Of a DNA stretch of 64,000 nt, positions 29,134-38,348 are shown in pieces. Position 1 is the stretch's first letter. Each line of letters opens with the position of its first letter. The stretch covers positions 1,536,001 to 1,600,000 of the forward strand of contig CAXRHT010000002.1 of assembly GCA_964230645.1 (NCBI GenBank), in the 5' to 3' direction. The position numbers were made by a program, and so were the translations under genes. This stretch comes from Bdellovibrionales bacterium. GTDB lineage: Bacteria; Bdellovibrionota; Bdellovibrionia; Bdellovibrionales; JAGQZY01. Below the pieces are notes generated by a model that saw only the letters and a list, made by a program, of their open reading frames with translations, made no database searches and had not been told where the DNA came from.

Positions 29134-30261
29134 TTAGCGCTTCTCGATGGGCACATATTTTTGATTGGTTTTTCCAACCCATTTTCCTCGCGGTCGATAG
29201 ATTCGGTTATTGGAATACTGCTCAAGGATATGAGCGATCCAACCCGAGACACGACTTGTGGCAAAAATCGGAGTAAAAATATCGAGAGGAATCCCCATGC
29301 TGTAATACACACTGGCAGAATAGAAATCCACGTTGGGAAGAAGACCCTTACGCTCTTTCATTTCCTCGTCAAGAATGGTGGACATCTTGAACCACTGAGG
29401 CTCCTTAGAGTTCTCAGTCATTTCTTTACTCATAGAGCGCAAGATCTTCGCGCGAGGATCACCATTTTTATAAACACGGTGACCAAATCCCATAATTTTT
29501 CTTTTTTCACTCAGAGCTTTCTCAAGCCACGGAACGATTTTATCTTCACTTCCAATTTCTTTCAGAGTGCGCATGACTTGCTCGTTAGCTCCACCGTGAA
29601 GAGGCCCTTTAAGAGCGCCAATTCCACTCACAACGGCTGAGTACATATCACTCAAAGAAGAGGCAGTCACACGACTGGAAAAAGCCGAACAGTTAAGTTC
29701 ATGGTCGGCATGGAGAATAAGACAAGTATCAAATACTTTTACCTTCTCATCATCGGGCTCTTCACCGTTTAGCATATAAAGAAAATTCCAGGCCACAGAC
29801 TTATCGGCTTTAGGCTCAACGAGATCGTGACCTTCTCTTAAACGGTGAAAGGTTGCTACCAATGTCGCCATACGGGCTGTTAAGCGGATGGCTTTACGAT
29901 GGTTGGCTTTTTCGTCCATTGTCTCAGCATCGGGGTCCCAAAGTCCCATGGTGGAAACAGCTGTTCGCAACCATGCCATGGGGTGGCCATCGGTGGGTAA
30001 GTTTTTAAGGGCCGTGATGAGTTTTGGATCAAGAGACATATCTTCGCCAAAAGATTTCTTCAACTCGGTGAGCTCTTCCTTTTTGGGGAGACGGTCATTC
30101 CACAAAAGGAAGACCACTTCTTCAAAGGTGGAGTTCTCAGCCAGATCCTCGATGGTAAAACCTCGGTAACAGAGCGTCGCATCAACGATGGACGAAATAG
30201 CCGTTGTACAAGCAACAACTCCCTCTAGACCTCTATCCACTGCACCTTCATAAACTTCCAT
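29134..30261 (-). CDS. gltA: Citrate synthase (short type; 2-methylcitrate synthase not excluded)
   Basis: GLEGV, HADHELN, GPLHGGANE, GFGHRVYK, PNVDFYS. Confidence 0.9.
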   Translation of the reverse strand: MEVYEGAVDRGLEGVVACTTAISSIVDATLCYRGFTIEDLAENSTFEEVVFLLWNDRLPKKEELTELKKSFGEDMSLDPKLITALKNLPTDGHPMAWLRTAVSTMGLWDPDAETMDEKANHRKAIRLTARMATLVATFHRLREGHDLVEPKADKSVAWNFLYMLNGEEPDDEKVKVFDTCLILHADHELNCSAFSSRVTASSLSDMYSAVVSGIGALKGPLHGGANEQVMRTLKEIGSEDKIVPWLEKALSEKRKIMGFGHRVYKNGDPRAKILRSMSKEMTENSKEPQWFKMSTILDEEMKERKGLLPNVDFYSASVYYSMGIPLDIFTPIFATSRVSGWIAHILEQYSNNRIYRPRGKWVGKTNQKYVPIEKR

Positions 30262-30357
30262 AAATCTCCCTTTCTTGGACACTTCTATTTATAGAGAAAA
30301 ACCGCCTCTATCTAGTGACCGAGCGTTAATTGCTGTGATCTGGAACTCAGAGAATGC

Positions 30358-31248
30358 TCAGTGAGCAAGCTTCATTATTCTCTCTTTAACTTCCGTTACG
30401 ATCACCGTTAAATCTTTTTCTTGTTTCTGACTAAACTTTAAAGCTTGATAGAAAATCTCATTGCGCAGCTCGTGAACATCTTTGCCCACATTTTGCTTAA
30501 TCACTGACAAAATTTCCTCAAGCCCCCAATGATTTCCCCCTTGGTTTTTTAAAGACAGAAAACCAGTGGAACAAAAAATCAACTTGTCCTTGGGGTTCAA
30601 ATCAATGGTTTGATAGTTTAATTTTTGATCATTTTCTGTGTGCTCAGCATCAAAGGCCTGCTCGCGCCCTTTGAGTAGTTCAATGCGTCCCATGGACGAT
30701 TGGAAATGAATCGCTAGAGGTTGGCCCACATTACAGTAGGAGAGCTGAAATTTACGTCGATCAAACATGCCGTAAAAAAGGGAGGCTCTATCTCCCGCCT
30801 TACACTGCTCTTTAAGGTCTGCCAAAATCTCCTGCATCACTTGAGCCGGATCGTTGTTTTTAGAATCCTCAATTTCGTAGGTGAGCTTCATCAACACAGA
30901 CAGAAACAAGGCTGACATTCCATAGCCTGAGGCTGAGGAAAGAAACAGACCAAAGCGCATTTTATCGAAGTGCTCAAAGATATCGAAATAATCGCCCCCA
31001 GAGACACTGCTGGAGCTAAACTTTGTACTAAATTCAAAACCCGGAATATTGGGAAACTCTGTGGGCACGAGAAACTTTTGGATCTTCACCGATTGCTGCA
31101 GCTGGTCATTTACCCGTACAATCAATTTTTCCAGTTCGATATTAGCGGCTGATAATTCTCGTTTATAGATTTTAAGGTCTTGATCTTTTTGAGCAATTTG
31201 CGCCTCAAGTTCCTGAATTTTCTTTTTTAATTCTTGTTCATTGCTCAC
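30358..31248 (-). CDS. Coiled-coil + SpoIIE/PP2C-like domain, probably catalytically degenerate
   Basis: GGDYFD retained; SSASGYG, CSTG and KDLT replace DVSGxG, TDG and DDxT. Confidence 0.75.
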   Translation of the reverse strand: MSNEQELKKKIQELEAQIAQKDQDLKIYKRELSAANIELEKLIVRVNDQLQQSVKIQKFLVPTEFPNIPGFEFSTKFSSSSVSGGDYFDIFEHFDKMRFGLFLSSASGYGMSALFLSVLMKLTYEIEDSKNNDPAQVMQEILADLKEQCKAGDRASLFYGMFDRRKFQLSYCNVGQPLAIHFQSSMGRIELLKGREQAFDAEHTENDQKLNYQTIDLNPKDKLIFCSTGFLSLKNQGGNHWGLEEILSVIKQNVGKDVHELRNEIFYQALKFSQKQEKDLTVIVTEVKERIMKLAH

Positions 31249-31346
31249 CTGGATATTGTCGATTTCTCATCACTCGCTGTCAACGAATGTAAGAAACCAA
31301 AGACTTTGGGATTGAAATTTTTTCAAAATTTGTATTTATTCACTCT

Positions 31347-32168
31347 ATGTTATCGGGGGACACACAGGGGACGGGGAGTCCTAACAAGGTCATGACTTTG
31401 CTCAAAGAGCAAGGTCAGCTCGTGGTGGAAATCTGTCATTTCACCCAAGATCTCAATCCTATTTGGCACACCAAGACCACTATTGAAAGCTTGAATCATT
31501 TAAGCCACCCCTTCCTCTTGAGTATAAAAGAGGATGACGACGAAGAAAGGGTTTTCAAAAAAGCCGCTGACTATTTTTTCAACCATCTCAAATTCAAAAG
31601 AGTTCCTGTCAAAAAGCTTAACCTCAATCAGTGTTTCCTACCCACAGTGTTAAAAAACAAACAGGGCCCAACTCCCCTTTTGATGCTGCTTTTTTCAAGC
31701 TTTCTTGAGCAATGCGGCCTTCGGGTACAAATTACCAGCTGCCGCAAACGCTTTCTTTTGAAACTGCAATTGGACGGACGCTCACGTATAGTGGATTTCA
31801 CCAATAAATGTCGCACTCTCGATGCGGATGACATTGTCGAACTGGTCAATTCGGGTTTTAACTTTGCTGAAGGAGCCATGGGACGAGATATTCTCGCGGT
31901 GGAGTATTTTAATCTTTTAAAATCTCAAGCCCGCAAAGAAAACAAGATGCAGATTCTTGCCCTTGTTCATAGTTACCTTATGAAATACCAACCTTTTAAT
32001 CTTCGCCACCTCTCCGAGCGCGCCCGTATTGCCTATGAAACGGGGGATTATCGAACGGCCATCGAAGACATTCGCAACTACTTTCAGTACAAACAACCCG
32101 AGTTCACTAATATCGATCTGAAAAGAATTTATAAAATCGCCCTAAAAAAAGAAAAATCACTGCGCTAG
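31347..32168 (+). CDS. SirB1/transglutaminase-like core + TPR protein
   Basis: FLPTVLKNKQG.P..L pattern and C-terminal TPR-like ERARIAYETGDYRTAIEDI. Confidence 0.6.
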   Translation: MLSGDTQGTGSPNKVMTLLKEQGQLVVEICHFTQDLNPIWHTKTTIESLNHLSHPFLLSIKEDDDEERVFKKAADYFFNHLKFKRVPVKKLNLNQCFLPTVLKNKQGPTPLLMLLFSSFLEQCGLRVQITSCRKRFLLKLQLDGRSRIVDFTNKCRTLDADDIVELVNSGFNFAEGAMGRDILAVEYFNLLKSQARKENKMQILALVHSYLMKYQPFNLRHLSERARIAYETGDYRTAIEDIRNYFQYKQPEFTNIDLKRIYKIALKKEKSLR

Positions 32169-32209
32169 CTCTTTGTTTGTTTTGCCCTAGGGATATTTAT
32201 CTATCTCAA

Positions 32210-33778
32210 TCAATGGGGCGCTTGGAGAGAGAGATTAGCTATACTTTCTGTGATTCTATAAAAAGTTTGCGAAGCTAATTTTTGAGACCTCAAACCTTCC
32301 TGATCGTCAAAGAGGCGCCCAAGAATTTCGTAGGAGCGCTCAATATTTTGCCGAAGCTTCTCCATGTCTTTTTCTTCAACACCCAGGGAGGCTTCAAAAA
32401 AGACCTCAAAAAGCTTCAGCTGGATTCCTAACCAGAAGCGACACTCCTTCTCCCAGTCTTCACTTACTTTCTGTTCTCTTAGAACATCCGTCACATAAGT
32501 GAGGTCTTCAATGAGAAGCTCAAGCTGATTAACCACTTTGTAATAACTCATGATCTCTTTGACTTGCCACTTATAAGATCGCTGACGACCAATGCAGAAA
32601 CAAAGCTCTTTGAGCTCCTCACCCACTCTTTGCAGCATATTCTGATACTGAGCAAATTTCTGATTGTTCTTTTCTTGGCCCTCTCCTGTTTCACGACTAA
32701 TTTTAAATATTGTATGAACTGTTGTGACGAATTTTTTAAACTCTTGGCGCAAAAGGAATAAAGACAAGTGAATGGAAAAGTATTGGCCTCTCTCGCCGGT
32801 GTTAATAATTTTTTGATTCTCTGTTTGCTTCTTCTTCCTATTAACCACCGGGGTCAGAGTTAGCAAAAAAGTCATAGGAGTTAGTAATAGAGCAGGAATC
32901 ACATTATAAAAAGCATAGAAGAGCGTGCAGAAACTAAAAGCTGTTGAGAAACGAAAGCCCTCGGACGCATACTGGGTTATGGGCTGAGGATAAAAGGACA
33001 CCAGAGCCAGAGCGATCAAAAATTGCAAAACTTGTAGAGTGAAGTGGCTGACCAGGGTGAAGTTAAGCCTTGTTCTCTTTTCAAAAAAGTACCAGTAAAA
33101 GCGATCCGCCGATAATAAACTATGAAGGTAATAGAAAATGGGGATCCAAAGAGGGTTTAATGGGAGAACCAAGATAAACCCCGATAAGGTCAGTAAAAAA
33201 GGCAATGGCGTTTTAAAAAACAAGGTGGTTAAACCAATACCAGCAAATATGACGGATTCAGGCAGATGGTAGCGGAAGACCTCCATCGCACTCTGTTCAA
33301 TATAAATATCAAATAGGAATACAAAAGCGATAAATAGACCCAAGGCCAAAAGGGCCACTGAAAGATCCTTCCACGACTCCTGGTTGGCGAAACTTAAAAT
33401 GGCCGCCAATATTAGAAATACAATAGCAAAAAGAAAAGGAAAGAGTCCTAGGATTCCGACAGATAATCCCATTCCAAGAAAGCTACCGAGAATGAGAAGT
33501 AGGATCTGTTTACGTTGAAAAGAGCCCACATTGATGAGTGAGGCCATTTGTACGATGAAAGATTTTTTACGAAAACTAACGAATTGAAAAACAATTGAAA
33601 TTAAGAAGTCCGTGAATAAATTTTGACCGAAATTTTCAAAACACCAGCTCTGCAACCGGCCTGTACTTAAAGACAGTCGTACGGAAAACAGCTCTAAAAG
33701 CACATCACTCAATATAGCGAGAAAGAAGACAGCTAAAAGATAGATTTCAATTGATTGTAAACTTAGATTTATTCCCAA
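32210..33778 (-). CDS. Divergent Na/Pi-cotransporter-like membrane protein with helical (PhoU-like) C-terminus
   Basis: Many TM segments, SLINVG...LILGSFLG pattern, soluble helical C-terminus; start uncertain. Confidence 0.5.
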   Translation of the reverse strand: MGINLSLQSIEIYLLAVFFLAILSDVLLELFSVRLSLSTGRLQSWCFENFGQNLFTDFLISIVFQFVSFRKKSFIVQMASLINVGSFQRKQILLLILGSFLGMGLSVGILGLFPFLFAIVFLILAAILSFANQESWKDLSVALLALGLFIAFVFLFDIYIEQSAMEVFRYHLPESVIFAGIGLTTLFFKTPLPFLLTLSGFILVLPLNPLWIPIFYYLHSLLSADRFYWYFFEKRTRLNFTLVSHFTLQVLQFLIALALVSFYPQPITQYASEGFRFSTAFSFCTLFYAFYNVIPALLLTPMTFLLTLTPVVNRKKKQTENQKIINTGERGQYFSIHLSLFLLRQEFKKFVTTVHTIFKISRETGEGQEKNNQKFAQYQNMLQRVGEELKELCFCIGRQRSYKWQVKEIMSYYKVVNQLELLIEDLTYVTDVLREQKVSEDWEKECRFWLGIQLKLFEVFFEASLGVEEKDMEKLRQNIERSYEILGRLFDDQEGLRSQKLASQTFYRITESIANLSLQAPH

Positions 33779-33784
33779 AGAACT

Positions 33785-34537
33785 TTACCTTATATAGATA
33801 TCGTATCGCACGATTTTACCTTCGACAATAGAGTTTGGTTTCTCATACAAATGTCCGGCTTTAAGAGGCCTTTTCACCACAATTCTGGGAACATTCCTAT
33901 CATATGCTTTCTCTATTATTTTTTCGAATCCTTCTGGTTGCAACTCCAAACCCCTCAGAAAGGCCATATTTTTTTTTGGAGCGGATTTCTGGTTTATTTG
34001 TTCAAACATGGGGTCAAGATAAAGGCAGTCATACTCTTCTTTCCAAGAGTCTAGAACCTCATTAATATCCTGATGATCTATGGCTAAAGATTTATTCTCT
34101 AATTGAGAATTACTCAATGCACTAACAAGCAAGGTTGCGACGAGTGGATTTTTCTCAAAGCCTACGATTTGAGCTCCCTGTGCCACCAAGTGTAAGGCAT
34201 CTTTTGCAAGTCCTAAAGTTCCATCCACAACTGTGTAGTTGTCTTGTTTCTTTAATCCCACGGCTTTCGAAAGAAGATCTTTTTTCACAGAAATTTTTTG
34301 TTTCTTAATTTTTAAGACCTCTTTATCAAACTCTAAACGAATAACAAAATTCCGAGCGAGCTCTTGATTACGAACCACCCACTGCCCTTCCTCATGAGAG
34401 AGGTAGTAGCCTAAGGGCGGCTCGCCCACCCAGATAGGATTAAAAAAAAGTTTTTCCTTTGGCAGATCCCCTTCCTGGGGCCTTAAAACAGGGAAATCCA
34501 CTGGGGACTCAAAAATGTGAACACGATTAAACAACAC
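33785..34537 (-). CDS. rsmJ: 16S rRNA m2G1516 methyltransferase RsmJ-like
   Basis: VDGTLGLAKDA, YLDPMF, RIVVKRP, RYDIY. Confidence 0.8.
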   Translation of the reverse strand: MLFNRVHIFESPVDFPVLRPQEGDLPKEKLFFNPIWVGEPPLGYYLSHEEGQWVVRNQELARNFVIRLEFDKEVLKIKKQKISVKKDLLSKAVGLKKQDNYTVVDGTLGLAKDALHLVAQGAQIVGFEKNPLVATLLVSALSNSQLENKSLAIDHQDINEVLDSWKEEYDCLYLDPMFEQINQKSAPKKNMAFLRGLELQPEGFEKIIEKAYDRNVPRIVVKRPLKAGHLYEKPNSIVEGKIVRYDIYIR

Positions 34538-35544
34538 TCAATAGTGAAGTGAAGTTTTTGAAGACTTAAGCAACTGGTGAGATGAGAGGATAGAAAGGAG
34601 GTGGCTCCATAAAAAAGACTATTAATATAAGCTTCAAAACAAAGTGCCACCACGACAACAAGAGCCATTTCTCTAAGCTCAACCTGCCAGGCAAACAGAC
34701 TTAAAACCACCAAATGAAAGACCGACATAAGGGTGTAGAGATATTTTGATTTTTCAAAACCAAAAACATTGGAAAGAGTGACGAGCTTGGCTTTACTAGA
34801 AAAGTAAATGTCACGGACTTGCTTAGAAAAATCGTATTTTAAAGCATGGTAACCAAAGGCCATTCCCAGAAAAGCCGAGGCCCAAGTGATTTGGTCATAA
34901 AGAAGAAACTCGTAGCCGAGAACTAAAAGCGGGCCACCCATTAGAAAAGTCCCCACAAGACTTATACCTTTAAATTTAGGACTGGTCACAGCTGAGGTAA
35001 GGCTTAAACCCAAAAGTAAGGCGACTAAAGCCCAAAGCAAAATTGTGGGTTTAACTATAAAACAATAAAGAGACGAAAGAACAGAAAGCCCTAAAAAAAC
35101 CGCAGCCAACTGTTTGGCTTGGTAGGCTCGAACTTGCCCCTTCACTAAGGGTTTCTGATTGCTGTACTCGTTGATCCGATCCACACCACTCACATAGTCG
35201 CAGTAATCGTTATACAAAGTAAGACTCAAAAGAAAAAATTGTAGGCCCACAAAGGAGGATAAGACCAAAGCCTCTGAGGGCATACCGTGGGCATAAATCA
35301 GATAAGAGAGACCGCCAATAAGGGGGAAAATCAAATAAATATTTCGCGCTAGAGAATACCAATGGGAAAGGGCTTGCAACAATGTCAGAGATTCTTTACT
35401 GACGATTTTGAAAGTCACCATTTCGCTATCGGAATTCACATGAAGATTCTGCACAGGTTGTGCGAATTCTGTTTTCGAAAACCGTCCGGTGAGCATGGGC
35501 CAGAATTGTTGATCATTGCGCGAAATGGTCACAAAGCGGTTCAA
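34483..35544 (-). CDS. menA: UbiA-family prenyltransferase, MenA-like
   Basis: NDYCDYVSGVD first Asp-rich motif, multiple TM segments, ATGA-coupled to polyprenyl synthase. Confidence 0.65.
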   Translation of the reverse strand: MNRFVTISRNDQQFWPMLTGRFSKTEFAQPVQNLHVNSDSEMVTFKIVSKESLTLLQALSHWYSLARNIYLIFPLIGGLSYLIYAHGMPSEALVLSSFVGLQFFLLSLTLYNDYCDYVSGVDRINEYSNQKPLVKGQVRAYQAKQLAAVFLGLSVLSSLYCFIVKPTILLWALVALLLGLSLTSAVTSPKFKGISLVGTFLMGGPLLVLGYEFLLYDQITWASAFLGMAFGYHALKYDFSKQVRDIYFSSKAKLVTLSNVFGFEKSKYLYTLMSVFHLVVLSLFAWQVELREMALVVVVALCFEAYINSLFYGATSFLSSHLTSCLSLQKLHFTIECCLIVFTFLSPQWISLF

Positions 35545-36524
35545 TGGGACCTCTTCCCGCTGGGTTTCTTACGCCAGTACAAAAGCTGGGCCAGTGGCTC
35601 TAAGTTCTCGGCAATGCTGGTACCAATCGCCGGGTCGAGTTTTTCTTTTAAAAGCTCCAGCTTATGATCATAAAGGCGGATGAGCTCCTTATTAAGAGCA
35701 TCAAAGGCCTGAACACTTTGATCAAAGGTCTTTTCACCAACCACATTTTTAAGCTCTCCAAGACTTTGAATCTCTTTAACTTTAGAGCGTTGATCAGAAT
35801 TCCAGTCTCGAAGCAAGTAAGCTCCAAAAGAATTAAGGTAACCGGATTTAAGATCTCCTAAAATAGCTTTACCCTCATAGTTACGAATATCGTAATCGAG
35901 CAGGTCGTCACTGCGCTGAAACAGTAATCCAAGAGTGGTGCCTAAATCCAAAATGATATTTTTAATTTCACTGTCTTTGTTTTCTAAGGCGACAAAAGGA
36001 GCGTACAGACACCAACGAAACAAGGAGGCCGTTTTTAAATTATGCACTTCGGTGAGCTGATCAAAAGTTAAATCAAAATCTCCCACAAGGGAGTCTTGGA
36101 TCCACTCACCCTCTAGAAGTTCAGAAATCGTGCGGCTGGTGACCTGAATGAGCTCAATGTTTTCATACTCGGAGAGATTGGTCATAACCCGAGCCAGTAA
36201 ATAATCCCCGGCTAAGACCGCGTACTCCGGCGTGTATTTGAGCCAGGCGGCCGTTTTACCTCGACGTAAATTCGAGCGATCCACAAGATCATCGTGCAAA
36301 AGGGAAGCGTTATGAATAAACTCGATCGTTTGGCACAATAAAAGGACTGTCTTATCTTGCAGACCTAAGGGGCCCGCCACTTTTTGGGTTAAAAACGAGC
36401 GAAAGCCTTTTCCTCCCTCAAACAGATCATCGTAGAGCTGATTCAACTTAGGAAGATAAGGGGGAAAATCTTTTTCACTGTAATATTTAGTACTCACGGT
36501 TTTCACGATAGGATTTATTACCAA
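35541..36524 (-). CDS. Polyprenyl diphosphate synthase
   Basis: GGKGFR, HNASLLHDDLVD..RRG, AGDYL, KTASLF, FQRSDDLLD. Confidence 0.92.
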   Translation of the reverse strand: MVINPIVKTVSTKYYSEKDFPPYLPKLNQLYDDLFEGGKGFRSFLTQKVAGPLGLQDKTVLLLCQTIEFIHNASLLHDDLVDRSNLRRGKTAAWLKYTPEYAVLAGDYLLARVMTNLSEYENIELIQVTSRTISELLEGEWIQDSLVGDFDLTFDQLTEVHNLKTASLFRWCLYAPFVALENKDSEIKNIILDLGTTLGLLFQRSDDLLDYDIRNYEGKAILGDLKSGYLNSFGAYLLRDWNSDQRSKVKEIQSLGELKNVVGEKTFDQSVQAFDALNKELIRLYDHKLELLKEKLDPAIGTSIAENLEPLAQLLYWRKKPSGKRSH

Positions 36525-36626
36525 AGAAAGAGCCCAGACAGTACAACCTCAGGGCCCATGACGCTAGGAGTTAGTAGCTCAGCAAAAGTCCTTTATCCCC
36601 TTAGAGTCTCGTGGCAAATCTTTTCC

Positions 36627-37034
36627 ATGACTTTTAAAACAAGCACAAAAATCCATTTCGATGAGGCCGATCCTGCGGGAATAGCATTTTCCGGCACTTT
36701 ATTTACCAAAGCGCACCGCTGTTATGAAGAATTCATTGCGGAAATTACCAGTGCTGAAGATTTCTTTTTAAATCCTGAGGCGATCTACCCCATTCGACAT
36801 ACGGAAACAGAATTTCTCGCCCCCCTATTCCCTTTAAAAAGCTATGACGTGCTCATCCAAGTCAATAAACTCGGAGACACCAGTTTCCAATTACAATTTG
36901 ATATTCAAAAAGAGGGTCAGTCGCGTGCGATTGTTCGCACCACCCATGTTTGTGTCGACAAAAAGACGATGAAAAAACAGAGCCTTCCCGCTGAACTCAA
37001 AGGGAGTTTACAAAAATTTGTGACTCAGCAATAA
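36627..37034 (+). CDS. 4HBT-type acyl-CoA thioesterase (possible DHNA-CoA hydrolase)
   Basis: FDEADPAGIAF hot-dog motif; THVCVD; divergent from prenyl genes. Confidence 0.75.
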   Translation: MTFKTSTKIHFDEADPAGIAFSGTLFTKAHRCYEEFIAEITSAEDFFLNPEAIYPIRHTETEFLAPLFPLKSYDVLIQVNKLGDTSFQLQFDIQKEGQSRAIVRTTHVCVDKKTMKKQSLPAELKGSLQKFVTQQ

Positions 37035-37668
37035 CGTCCATTGGGATCTCGTGGGCTCCACCAAACTCAAACCAACGCCCTTTAAGCCCGAGGTTTTTGA
37101 GTTTATCATGGAGTTTTTTCGCTCCTCCAACAGGCAAGACCTGATCGCGATTCCCATGGCTCTGAAAGAAGGGAATCTGCAGAGCTTCGGGGATCGTCGG
37201 AAAAGCAGAGGGGTTGACCAAATAACCTGAAAATAACAATAGGCCTTTGGGGGAAAAGTTGAGGCGATAGAAACTATGACTTGTTAAAATCGCACCTTGG
37301 CTAAATCCACCGATTATAACATTTTCGTAGTTTTTCCCCATTTGATTTAAAAATCGAGAAACCTTTTGAGCCAACTTTTCATCTTTAGGGGCAATGCCAC
37401 CATCATAGATCTCTTGGTTGGTTAAATTTTCAAAATCCCGTTGGGTCAAAGAAAACCAAGCCCGACCACTCATCATCGGGCCAATGGGAACTTCGAGAAC
37501 ACCTTGAGGAAAAAACCAATCCGCTTTTTCCTGGAGCTTATAAACCTGAGCGAGGCTGTACAAATCGGTGGCATCAGCGCCGTAGCCATGAAACAGAATG
37601 ACCGCCGTGTTGGCCCCGTCCTGGGTTTTAGCAATAAAATTAAGATCTTCGAATTTTTCCCACTGCAT
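36997..37668 (-). CDS. Carboxylesterase/phospholipase
   Basis: FHGYGA, GGFSQG, SHGNRDQVLP, GAHEI. Confidence 0.88.
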   Translation of the reverse strand: MQWEKFEDLNFIAKTQDGANTAVILFHGYGADATDLYSLAQVYKLQEKADWFFPQGVLEVPIGPMMSGRAWFSLTQRDFENLTNQEIYDGGIAPKDEKLAQKVSRFLNQMGKNYENVIIGGFSQGAILTSHSFYRLNFSPKGLLLFSGYLVNPSAFPTIPEALQIPFFQSHGNRDQVLPVGGAKKLHDKLKNLGLKGRWFEFGGAHEIPMDVIAESQIFVNSL

Positions 37669-37793
37669 GGAGCCAACTTATATCAAGTTCGGATGAATTC
37701 CCAATGATTTTTGGCGACTCCATGACTTGAATCCTATTGAAATTCATTTGAAAATCGAAAGTCCGAAGTGAAACCCTACACAAAGGATGGCCC

Positions 37794-38249
37794 ATGAGAT
37801 TTTTGGCACTACTTATTTTACTCATCGGATGCACGAGCACTCCAGAGCCCCAACAAACAGAAGGCAAACAGGCTCATGCCGAGGCTCCTAAAGTGGATCG
37901 TAAAGCCATTTCAAAAACTATTCAGAAACACCGCAAATACATGAGCCACTGCTATGGCAAAACCATTACTAAAAAGGGCAACGCTCGTATCAAGGGGCTG
38001 ACCTATGTTGAGTTTAGTATTGGCCCTGATGGCCGAGCGAAAAACCCCAAAATGGTCCCTGAAAAATCAAGCCTTAAGAACCCCGCTTTAAATGCCTGTC
38101 TCTTTGAAGGTATTACCTCCTGGGACTTTCCCGTGGACCCAACGGGTAAGGAAATCACTGTGATTTACCCTTTTCGATTCAATGCTAAGCCCCCTAGAAA
38201 TATGCAGAAAAAACTGGATATGTTTGAGAACTTGCGATCGCGCCAATAA
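37794..38249 (+). CDS. Lipoprotein with AgmX/PglI (TonB-C-like) domain
   Basis: Lipobox LIG-C; HCY...GLTYVEFSIGPDG...ACL...WDFP...VIYPFRF. Confidence 0.75.
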   Translation: MRFLALLILLIGCTSTPEPQQTEGKQAHAEAPKVDRKAISKTIQKHRKYMSHCYGKTITKKGNARIKGLTYVEFSIGPDGRAKNPKMVPEKSSLKNPALNACLFEGITSWDFPVDPTGKEITVIYPFRFNAKPPRNMQKKLDMFENLRSRQ

Positions 38250-38348
38250 GAGGCCACAGGTGACATCTGAGCCCCTCAAATAAGCTTTTCTTGCCCTAAG
38301 CCCCTGAATTTGCTACTGAGTAAAGCTTCCGACCTTGGGGGTATAAAA

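Noticed and set aside
29161..30169. Plus-strand ORFs of 159 and 93 aa
   Set aside because: Antisense shadows of citrate synthase
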